A stretch of 40,462 bases of DNA, taken from assembly GCA_007376135.1 (NCBI GenBank), contig VMFR01000001.1, positions 336,554 to 377,015 on the forward strand, given 5' to 3'. The position numbers and the translations under genes are program-made. Numbering within the stretch: the first letter of the stretch is position 1; every line of letters starts with the position of its first letter. Shown one piece after another: positions 16,163 through 23,504 of the stretch. The DNA is from Parcubacteria group bacterium Gr01-1014_31 (GTDB lineage Bacteria; Patescibacteriota; Patescibacteriia; Buchananbacterales; GWA2-38-13). A model generated the notes under the pieces. That model did not search any database, was not told where the DNA came from, and saw nothing but the letters and a program-made list of their open reading frames with translations.

Positions 16163-18406
16163 ATGGAAATTTCGAAATTCGAAATTCGAAATTCGAAATT
16201 TCCGGTGGGTTACACCCTCCTGGAAACCATCCTAGCGATCGCCATCATCGGCACGCTGGTGGTCGGCGTGCTGTCCGTGTTCAATTACGCCCTGGCAGTC
16301 ATCGCCGAAACAAAGGCGCGCACCGGAGCCATCACCCTGGTGGAACAGCAGCTGGAGATGGTGCGCAATCTCCCCTATGACGCCATCGGAACGGTCGGCG
16401 GCATCCCGGCGGGAACCCTGCCGCAAACCGAGACCCTGAACCTCAACAACATCAACTACACGATCGCCATCCAAGCCGTCTACTTCGACGACCCGTTCGA
16501 CGGAACGGTGGGCGGGACGCCCAACGACCTGCTGGGCAACGACTATAAAAAGGTCCGTGTCGCGGCGACCTGGAAAGGACGGTTCTCGGAAAAAACGTAC
16601 GTCGGGCTCACCGTCGTTGCCCCCAAGGGCGTCGAGACGAACGCCGGGGGCGGCACGCTGTCCATCCTGGTGTTCGATGCGGGCGGCGCGCCGGTACCCC
16701 AGGCGGACGTAACGGTCGTCAACAGCCTGGTCAACCCGCCGGTCAACCTCGCCGTGCAAACCGACGCGACGGGCCGCTACCTGCTGCCGGGGGCGCCCGC
16801 CTCGGTGAACGGCTACCAAGTCACCGCGACCAAGGCCGGTTTCAGTACGGACAAAACCTGCACGACCGACCCGGCAGGCGCGGGCTGCAGCGGCGCCATC
16901 GGCAACCCGACGCCGACCAAACCGCACGCCACCGTCATCGCGGGGCAACTGACCGATATCAGTTTCGCCATCGACCGGCTTTCCACCATGGTCGTACAGA
17001 CCATCCGCCAACCCACCCCCGGCGACTGGGTCATCAACACGGGCGGCAACGGTTTTGACCAAGACAACCCGTCGATTGCCCTGTGCCCGAACGGCAACTA
17101 TCTGTTCGTCTGGCGCGATGCCCGGCAGAACAACAACCCGCGCATCTACGCCCAGCAGTACACACCCGCCAAAACGCCGGTCTGGAACCCCGATCTGGCC
17201 ATTACCACGTCCAACAACCAGAACAACCCGGACGTACAGCCGGATGCCAGCTGCAACATCTACTACGCGTGGCAGGATGACCGGAATGGCAACCAGGATA
17301 TCTATTTTGACAAATATACGTCCGGCGGCACGGACGCCTGGACCGACGCCAAAAAGGTGGATGTGGTTGCGCAGAGCGCCGACCAGACCTACCCGCAGGT
17401 CGTCGTCAACGCCAGCTCGACGTACGAATACATCGTCTGGCAGGACGCAGCGGCGGACCTCGGCGACATCTACGCCCAAAAATTTGACACCGACGGCAAC
17501 CCGGTGTGGGGCAGCGAAGTCAGGATCAACTCCGACGTCGGCGCGGCCGCACAATCCCTGCCGGTCGTTGCGTTGGACCTGGACGAGAACCTGCTGTTCC
17601 TGTGGCACGACAACCGGGACGGCCACAACGATATTTTCAGCCAAAAATTCTCCAAGGACGGCGTTCGCCTGTGGTCGCCGGACAAAAAGATGAATACCGA
17701 CGGTGGCACGACCGAACAGATCAGCCCGGCCTTCACACTTGATGCCAGCGGCGTGTTCTACGCGGCGTGGGAGGACAGCCGCAACGGGGACAGCGACATC
17801 TTCGCCCAGCGATATGACGCCAACGGGGTCCCCCAGTGGGCGCAAGACGTGCGCGTCAATACCGACACCGGCACGGCCAACCAGGGCGACCCCTCCATTG
17901 CGCTCTCGGGCAGCGGGACGCTGGTGATCGTCTGGGAGGACCACCGCAGCGGCACCAACGACGTCTACCTACAGCAGCTGGATAGCAACGGCACCAAACT
18001 GATCCCCTTCGACACGCGGGTGAACAACTCGACGAATGGCGAGCAGGAGAATCCCGAAGTGACCCTGAATGCCAGCGGCAAGATCGTCGTGGTCTGGCAG
18101 GACAACACGGACGGCAATTTCGACATCCGCGCCGCCATCTACGACGAGGATCCCCAGACCATTACGCCGGTCGCGAATGTGCCGTTCACGCTCCGGGGAG
18201 CCAAGCGCATCGGGGAAAACCCGGTCATCAACAAATACGTGCAAACGCACACCACCGACGGCAGCGGTATAATCACCATTTCCGACCTGGAATGGGACAA
18301 TTACACGCTGGTGCCAACGGGGTATACCCTGCAGCGCTCCGAACCCGTGCAGCCGGCAGCGCTGAACCCCAACACCACACTGACAGTCATCCTCAATCTG
18401 GAGTAG
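16163..18406 (+). CDS. Giant (747 aa) PilV-like prepilin fused to beta-sandwich domains and a predicted 7-bladed PD40/TolB-like beta-propeller
   Basis: MEISKFEIRNSKFPVG|YTLLETILAIAIIGTLVVGVL. CarboxypepD_reg-like segment TLSILVFDAGGAPVPQADVTVVN...TDATGRYLLPG. Seven ~55-aa repeats with the pattern W.D.R.G..DIY.Q.Y (aa ~298-662). Confidence 0.8.
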   Translation: MEISKFEIRNSKFPVGYTLLETILAIAIIGTLVVGVLSVFNYALAVIAETKARTGAITLVEQQLEMVRNLPYDAIGTVGGIPAGTLPQTETLNLNNINYTIAIQAVYFDDPFDGTVGGTPNDLLGNDYKKVRVAATWKGRFSEKTYVGLTVVAPKGVETNAGGGTLSILVFDAGGAPVPQADVTVVNSLVNPPVNLAVQTDATGRYLLPGAPASVNGYQVTATKAGFSTDKTCTTDPAGAGCSGAIGNPTPTKPHATVIAGQLTDISFAIDRLSTMVVQTIRQPTPGDWVINTGGNGFDQDNPSIALCPNGNYLFVWRDARQNNNPRIYAQQYTPAKTPVWNPDLAITTSNNQNNPDVQPDASCNIYYAWQDDRNGNQDIYFDKYTSGGTDAWTDAKKVDVVAQSADQTYPQVVVNASSTYEYIVWQDAAADLGDIYAQKFDTDGNPVWGSEVRINSDVGAAAQSLPVVALDLDENLLFLWHDNRDGHNDIFSQKFSKDGVRLWSPDKKMNTDGGTTEQISPAFTLDASGVFYAAWEDSRNGDSDIFAQRYDANGVPQWAQDVRVNTDTGTANQGDPSIALSGSGTLVIVWEDHRSGTNDVYLQQLDSNGTKLIPFDTRVNNSTNGEQENPEVTLNASGKIVVVWQDNTDGNFDIRAAIYDEDPQTITPVANVPFTLRGAKRIGENPVINKYVQTHTTDGSGIITISDLEWDNYTLVPTGYTLQRSEPVQPAALNPNTTLTVILNLE
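16166..16202 (+). repeat. Tandem heptanucleotide repeat GAAATT(T)C x5 in codons 2-13 of the giant pilin gene; also a 12-nt-arm inverted repeat
   Basis: GAAATTTC GAAATTC GAAATTC GAAATTC GAAATTTC. Inverted-repeat arms GGAAATTTCGAA (16165-16176) and TTCGAAATTTCC (16192-16203). An AT-rich island in GC-rich DNA. Confidence 0.9.
17054..18148 (+). repeat. Seven tandem ~55-codon propeller-blade repeats inside the CDS 16163-18406
   Basis: LFVWRDARQNNNPRIYAQQY / YYAWQDDRNGNQDIYFDKY / YIVWQDAAADLGDIYAQKF / LFLWHDNRDGHNDIFSQKF / YAAWEDSRNGDSDIFAQRY / VIVWEDHRSGTNDVYLQQL / VVVWQDNTDGNFDIRAAIY. Confidence 0.75.
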
Positions 18407-18409
18407 CCT

Positions 18410-19027
18410 ATGCCCCGCCTTCCCCGCCGCGCCCCCGCCGGATTGACCATCCTTGAGATCGTCATTGCCATCGCGATCTTCACGACCGCGACCCTGATCA
18501 TCGCCGGCTACATCGTCCAGGGCTACCGCGTCAACCGGTTTGCGATGGAGCAAGCCGACGCGCTCGAACACGCGCGCCGCGCCATCGACAGTATGGCCAA
18601 AGAGATCCGCGAAGCCGACATTTCCGACCTCGGCAGTTTTCCCATCGCCTCGGCGACCAACCAAAGCTTTTCTTTCTACAGCAATCTGGACGGCGACAGC
18701 GCAGTGGAAAAGATCCGCTATTTCCTGGAAGGCACCGATTTTAAAAAGGGGGTCATTGAACCGGGCGGCAACCCGCTGGCCTATAACCCTGCCGGCGAAA
18801 AGATCACCATCATTTCCCGCTACGTGCGCAACGGAGCCGACCCCATCTTCAACTATTACGACGGCAACTACCCCAGCTCCACCGCTCCCTTGGCGGCGCC
18901 GGCCAACCCCAACCAGGTAAAACTTATCCAACTCAGCTTGCGGGTCAATATCGACCCGAGTACCGCCCCGGACGACCTGACCCTGAACACGTTCGTGCAG
19001 ATACGGAATTTGAAAGACAACTTATGA
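18410..19027 (+). CDS. Prepilin-type minor pilin, PilW/GspJ-like
   Basis: RRAPAG|LTILEIVIAIAIFTTATLIIAGYIV. SD CTGGAGTAGCCT before the ATG. The stop overlaps the next start (ATGA at 19024-19027). Paralogue of 1736-2260. Confidence 0.75.
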   Translation: MPRLPRRAPAGLTILEIVIAIAIFTTATLIIAGYIVQGYRVNRFAMEQADALEHARRAIDSMAKEIREADISDLGSFPIASATNQSFSFYSNLDGDSAVEKIRYFLEGTDFKKGVIEPGGNPLAYNPAGEKITIISRYVRNGADPIFNYYDGNYPSSTAPLAAPANPNQVKLIQLSLRVNIDPSTAPDDLTLNTFVQIRNLKDNL

Positions 19028-20511
19028 TATTTCGAAATATCAAAATATCGAACTATCGAGATATTAGGGATGGTTCGATCCTGGTATCGACCCTGGTGTT
19101 TTCTTTCATCTTCCTGATGATCGCGGGCGGCCTGCTCGGGTTTGTCAGCCAGCAACGCAAACTGTCCCTATCGCGGCAGGCGCAACTGTCGGCGCTCATG
19201 ATCGCCGAGGCCGGCGTTAACTACTACCGCTGGCACCTCGCACATACCCCCAACGACTATGCCGATGGCAGCGGACAGACCGGCTGCAACCCGTGTGGAC
19301 CGTACGTGCACAACTTCACCGACCCTTCCGGCACGGTCTTGGGCAGCTATAGCCTGCTCATCACTCCCCCGCCCCAAGGTTCCACCATCGTCAAAATAAA
19401 ATCGTCGGGTTCCAGTATCGCCAATCCGTCGTTGCAACGGCATGTCGTGGCCCGCTACGGCCGTCCATCGCTGGCGGCCTACGCCGTTGTGGCCGACGCC
19501 AACCTGCGATTCGGCGTGGGCACGACGGTCCATGGCCCCTTGCACTCCAACTATGGCATCCGCTTCGACGGGTTGGCCTACAATGTCGTCTCAAGCTATC
19601 AAAATACCTACACCGACACCGATTCGGACGCCTGCACCGCCAATTCGTGGGGAGTGCACACCTGCGTCAGCCCCGCCGACCCGTCCCCGAATACGCCGGC
19701 GCAAACGCGGCTGGACGTATTCGCAGCCGGCCGGCAGTATCCCGTACCCCAGGTGGACTTCAACGCCATCACGGTCAACCTGGACCAGCTGCAGGACCTG
19801 GGTAACGCCGCGGACGGTTCCTACTTTAACCCGTCCAACCAGCAGGGCTGGCACATCCAGTTCCTGGGCAACGGCACCTATCGCTACCGCAAGGTCAAAA
19901 CCACCCGCACCTGCACCTACGGCGACCCGGAGGTGACGGTGGCGGTCGGCGACGTGTACGCCTATCAGGGCAACTGGGCAACGACCGCGTTGCCCGCGAA
20001 TGGTATAATCTTTGTGGAGGACAACGCCTGGGTGGACGGCACGCTGCAGAGCGGCGAACGCATCACGCTGGTCGCTGCCAAGGAACCGCTCGCGTCCGGC
20101 AACGCGACCATCTGGGTCAATAACGACATCCTCTACACCGTGCAGGACGGCACGGCAGCACTCGGCTTGATCGCCCAGAAAGACATTTCGGTCGGGCTGT
20201 TCAGCGAGGACAATCTGGAGATCAATGCGGCGCTGCTGGCACAAACCGGACGCGTGGGACGCCCGTACTACCCTTCCGCCTGCAGCCCATCGTACTACCT
20301 GCGCGACACCATCACCGTCTACGGGTCCATCGCCACGAAGCAACGGTACGGCTTTGCGTGGGTCTGCGGCGGCGCGCCCTGCTCAGGCTACGGCGTCCGT
20401 AACCTCAATTTTGACGGCACCATGACCTACACGCCGCCGCCGTCATTCCCCACGTCGGGCGAATACCGGTTCATTTCCTGGGAAGAAGTACTCAGCAACG
20501 AAATTTACTGA
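19024..20511 (+). CDS. PilX-like pilus-associated protein with a large extracellular domain
   Basis: N-terminal anchor GSILVSTLVFSFIFLMIAGGLLGFV followed by LMIAEAGVNYYRWHL (compare AGAETGIEEALYRL in 2267-3610). C-terminal ISWEEV motif shared with DTWEER of the paralogue. Confidence 0.7.
   Translation: MIFRNIKISNYRDIRDGSILVSTLVFSFIFLMIAGGLLGFVSQQRKLSLSRQAQLSALMIAEAGVNYYRWHLAHTPNDYADGSGQTGCNPCGPYVHNFTDPSGTVLGSYSLLITPPPQGSTIVKIKSSGSSIANPSLQRHVVARYGRPSLAAYAVVADANLRFGVGTTVHGPLHSNYGIRFDGLAYNVVSSYQNTYTDTDSDACTANSWGVHTCVSPADPSPNTPAQTRLDVFAAGRQYPVPQVDFNAITVNLDQLQDLGNAADGSYFNPSNQQGWHIQFLGNGTYRYRKVKTTRTCTYGDPEVTVAVGDVYAYQGNWATTALPANGIIFVEDNAWVDGTLQSGERITLVAAKEPLASGNATIWVNNDILYTVQDGTAALGLIAQKDISVGLFSEDNLEINAALLAQTGRVGRPYYPSACSPSYYLRDTITVYGSIATKQRYGFAWVCGGAPCSGYGVRNLNFDGTMTYTPPPSFPTSGEYRFISWEEVLSNEIY
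19026..19041. repeat. Perfect 16-bp palindrome GATATTTCGAAATATC in codons 1-6 of the PilX-like gene
   Basis: Self-complementary by inspection. Shares the 10-bp core ATTTCGAAAT with 16168-16177 at the 5' end of the giant pilin gene. Further half-site-like copies ATATCGAA and ATCGAGATAT follow. Confidence 0.85.
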
Positions 20512-20523
20512 CGCCATGCCCAG

Positions 20524-21687
20524 TTGGACAATGACAAGGAAAGTTCTTATCTCGAAATTCTTCGGCGTGAACCGCGCCGTTACTCGACCGTCCTTACTAC
20601 TCACATTGTCCTACCGGGCATGTTGACCATTCCGGAGCAAAATCTGTTCGGGCTCGATATCAGCCAATCCAAACTTCGGCTGGTGCAGATCCGCACCAAA
20701 CACCGCCGCAAAATGATCACCGCGCTGCGGGAATTGCGGCTGCCGAACGGCATCATTGTCGACGGTGAGATCGCCGACCCCAAACAGCTGTCCCAGATGG
20801 TCGCGACCATCTACCGCGGCAAAGAACTGCGCGACCGCATCGCGGGGAATGGCGTTATTTCCGTTTTGCCCGAGAGCAAAACCTTCATGAAACTCATCAC
20901 CCTGCCGACCTCGGAGGCGGCGCAGGTCGAGACCCTGCTGCGGGACGAGATCCCGCGCCACATTCCCCTGCCCCTCGAAGAGATCTACTACGACTGGCAG
21001 CCGCTGCCGAACGGCGCGGATGGCAAAACGCACGTGCTGCTGGGAGTGGCGCCCAAACACCTGGTCGACGGATATCTCGCCGTGTTGCGTGCCGCCGGAT
21101 TGCTGCCCTTCGCCCTGGAGATAGAAGCGGCGCCGATCGCCCGCTGCCTGCTGAAGGACGCCGCAGCCGACGACCAGACCGTCACGGTCATCATCGATAT
21201 GGGCGCCGCCCGAACCGGCTTGATGGTGGCGCGGTCGGGCGTCATCCAATTCACCGTCAGTCTGCCGGTCTCCGGCGACCGCATCACGCACACGATCTCC
21301 GAAACGCTCAAGATCAGCGGCCAAGAGGCCGAGGAGGCCAAGATCGTCTGCGGTCTGGACTCGGAACGCTGCCAGGGAGCGTTGAAAAAAGTGCTCTACG
21401 CCACCTTCGATGACCTGGTAAAAAAGATCGAATCGTCGCTTGATTTCTACCGCGATAACTTCGCCGATGCCAAACCGGTCGGCGATATCCTGCTCACCGG
21501 CGGCGGCGCGAATTTTCTGAACGTCGACCAGATCCTGGCCGAGCGTTTGCAGCTGCCCGTCCACATCGGCAATCCGCTGACCAACGTGCAGCTGGCCAAG
21601 GCGTCAGTACCGGCGACCACGCTCCAATCGTACGCCACGGCCATCGGTCTGGCGCTGCGCAGTACACACCGCGAAGCCGTCATCTAG
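20524..21687 (+). CDS. pilM: Type IV pilus assembly protein PilM (actin-like ATPase fold)
   Basis: FGLDISQSKLRLVQI, ...LLTGGGANFLNVDQILAERLQLPVHIGNPL. The TTG at 20524 is uncertain; ATG at 20620 (MLTIPEQNLFGLDIS) is the more likely start. Confidence 0.85.
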   Translation: MDNDKESSYLEILRREPRRYSTVLTTHIVLPGMLTIPEQNLFGLDISQSKLRLVQIRTKHRRKMITALRELRLPNGIIVDGEIADPKQLSQMVATIYRGKELRDRIAGNGVISVLPESKTFMKLITLPTSEAAQVETLLRDEIPRHIPLPLEEIYYDWQPLPNGADGKTHVLLGVAPKHLVDGYLAVLRAAGLLPFALEIEAAPIARCLLKDAAADDQTVTVIIDMGAARTGLMVARSGVIQFTVSLPVSGDRITHTISETLKISGQEAEEAKIVCGLDSERCQGALKKVLYATFDDLVKKIESSLDFYRDNFADAKPVGDILLTGGGANFLNVDQILAERLQLPVHIGNPLTNVQLAKASVPATTLQSYATAIGLALRSTHREAVI

Positions 21688-21692
21688 CATCT

Positions 21693-22250
21693 ATGCCGAA
21701 CGTTACCCTCAATCTCATCCCGGCCAGGGACAAGCAGGAGCTGAGATTGGTCAACCTGTTTTTAGCGATCAAAAATCTCGTGTCGTTGGCGCTCATCGGC
21801 ATGATCGCGCTGGCCGCCGGATTGATCGCCGCCAAGGGATTCCTCCAAAGCTATTTCAATCATCTGGTCGCCTCCAACACGCTCACCCGGGAAGCCGGCC
21901 GGTATGCGAATAATGACCTGCGAACCTTCCGCACCGAGCTGGCCGCCGTACAGCAAGTGCAGCAGGAATACATCCCGTTCAGCGAACTGCTCCTGCAGTT
22001 GGGGGCCCATATCCCGCCCGGCGTGACCCTCACGGATTTCAGCGTGGACAAGACGGGCGCGGCGGAGTTGTCCGGCATCGCGGCGCGTCGCGACGACCTG
22101 TTGGCGCTCCATGACCGCCTGGTCAGATCGGGTTTTGCCGATGAATTCATCATCCCGCTGACCACCAAGTTCCAGGAGGATAACATCAAGTTTCGCTTGT
22201 CCCTGAAACTGCGGGTGCCGCGCATCATCATCACCGAACATGTCGATTAA
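21693..22250 (+). CDS. pilN: PilN-like fimbrial assembly protein
   Basis: N-terminal LNLIPARDKQELR, then a single TM helix (LVSLALIGMIALAAGLIAA) and a periplasmic-type domain. Directly follows pilM. Confidence 0.75.
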   Translation: MPNVTLNLIPARDKQELRLVNLFLAIKNLVSLALIGMIALAAGLIAAKGFLQSYFNHLVASNTLTREAGRYANNDLRTFRTELAAVQQVQQEYIPFSELLLQLGAHIPPGVTLTDFSVDKTGAAELSGIAARRDDLLALHDRLVRSGFADEFIIPLTTKFQEDNIKFRLSLKLRVPRIIITEHVD

Positions 22251-22869
22251 ACGAAAGATCTACCTCACCATCGGATCGGTCGTCATTGCCCTGGCGGCCA
22301 TGGGGTATTTCCTGGTCTGGCCGACCCTGCGCGAGATCACGACCATCACCCAGGCGATCCAGCGCGAGCAGGAAGATCTCGAGCTAAAATACCAGCGCGG
22401 GCAGCGCATCCGCAAGATCGCGTCGGAATACAAGAAGATCAAACCCCAACGCGACCGGCTTAACACTATTTTCGTGCCCAGCGGCGATGAGCTGCAATTC
22501 ATCATGACGCTGGAACGCTTGGAACGCCAGTACCAGGTCGAGGTCGTGCCGACGCCCGACCAAAGCTCCAATGCGCTCGGCCCGACCGACCCGCTGGCGC
22601 TGACGCTCTCCATCCGCGGGAATTATCCCAAGGTGCTGCAGTATCTCATCGCCCTGGAACGGCTGAATTACTACTTCAACGTCGGCAGCCTGTCGATCAC
22701 CGGCGCGAACTCCGATACCGGGGCGTTGACCCTGGTCCTTTCCGGCAGCATCCATCGCAAACCGTACCAGGCCAAGGCCGCCGATGAGCCTGTGGCCGCT
22801 CCTCTCGTTCCGCCCGCCGCAGAAACCCCGACGGCCACGACCGTCCCGTCCACCTTCCCGACCGAATAA
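22240..22869 (+). CDS. pilO: PilO-like pilus assembly protein
   Basis: Single TM helix (IYLTIGSVVIALAAMGYFLVW), coiled-coil-like segment, Pro/Thr-rich tail. Overlaps the pilN stop by 11 nt. The call is mainly positional. Confidence 0.65.
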   Translation: MSIKRKIYLTIGSVVIALAAMGYFLVWPTLREITTITQAIQREQEDLELKYQRGQRIRKIASEYKKIKPQRDRLNTIFVPSGDELQFIMTLERLERQYQVEVVPTPDQSSNALGPTDPLALTLSIRGNYPKVLQYLIALERLNYYFNVGSLSITGANSDTGALTLVLSGSIHRKPYQAKAADEPVAAPLVPPAAETPTATTVPSTFPTE

Positions 22870-22883
22870 CCGCCGTTGAGCGT

Positions 22884-23216
22884 ATGAAACTCAATTTCAA
22901 ACTCACTCTCCGTCGCGCAGCTGCGCCGCACAAACGTAAGCGCCGCATCGCGCTGCCGCCGCAAGCGCTCTACCTGACCGCCATCATTCTGCTGGCGCTG
23001 GGCATCGGCGGCGGGATCCTCGGGATCTATCGCGTCGTGGATAAAACCCTCACCGCCTCCGAAGAGGTGCTTCGCCTCCGCCAGGAAGTCTCCGAAGAAT
23101 CGTTCCGGACCGATGACTTTCTCACCGCGGTGGAGAGCCTGGAAAAAAAGACAGCGCAGCCGGAGCCGCCGGACTGGTCGGCAATCGTCAACCCATTCCT
23201 CGCCAACCGCCCATAA
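22884..23216 (+). CDS. Hypothetical single-pass membrane protein, last gene of the pilus operon
   Basis: Basic N-terminus, TM helix LYLTAIILLALGIGGGILGIY, charged helical tail. G/C-rich third positions. A strong terminator follows. Confidence 0.6.
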   Translation: MKLNFKLTLRRAAAPHKRKRRIALPPQALYLTAIILLALGIGGGILGIYRVVDKTLTASEEVLRLRQEVSEESFRTDDFLTAVESLEKKTAQPEPPDWSAIVNPFLANRP

Positions 23217-23233
23217 ACCTTCCGTACGATAAA

Positions 23234-23257
23234 GCGCCGCCGCGGCGGCGTTTTTTT
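23234..23257. terminator. Rho-independent terminator between the convergent pilus operon and the NifU-like gene
   Basis: GC stem CGCCGCC/GGCGGCG followed by T7 on the + strand; A3 precedes the stem. Confidence 0.75.
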
Positions 23258-23273
23258 ATGGCTGCGGATGACG

Positions 23274-23498
23274 CTAAACGGCTTCCACTCTGGTCACCCC
23301 CGGGACCTTGGCTTTGAGCGTCCGTTCGACGCCTGCCTTCAGCGTCACATTGGCCAGTGAACAGCCCGCGCAGGCACCCTGCAGCTTGACGGTAACGACG
23401 CCGGACGGCATTTCCACGCCGACCAGCTCGATATCGCCGCCATCGGCGTTGATGAACGGCCGCAGCTCGTCCAACACTTTGCGTACTTCGTTTTCCAT
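23274..23498 (-). CDS. NifU-like Fe-S cluster assembly domain protein (NifU C-terminal domain)
   Basis: GGDIELVGVE...VKLQGACAGCSLANVTLKAGVERTLK (CxxC motif); 74 aa. Confidence 0.85.
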   Translation of the reverse strand: MENEVRKVLDELRPFINADGGDIELVGVEMPSGVVTVKLQGACAGCSLANVTLKAGVERTLKAKVPGVTRVEAV

Positions 23499-23504
23499 AG
23501 GGTA

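Noticed and set aside
16166-16202. Short tandem repeat considered as a CRISPR or mobile-element end
   Set aside because: The units are 7-8 bp and contiguous with no spacers, they lie inside a CDS, and there are no cas or transposase genes anywhere in the window.
16232-17944. 570-aa minus-strand ORF (and 17969-18931, 320 aa) antisense to the pilin genes
   Set aside because: The plus frames show a prepilin signal and regular propeller repeats. The antisense translations are R/G/D/V-rich shadows.
19066-19085. GGGATGGTTCGATCCTGG, a tRNA T-arm-like sequence
   Set aside because: It lies inside a well-supported CDS, has a non-canonical loop length, and has no acceptor, D or anticodon arms around it.
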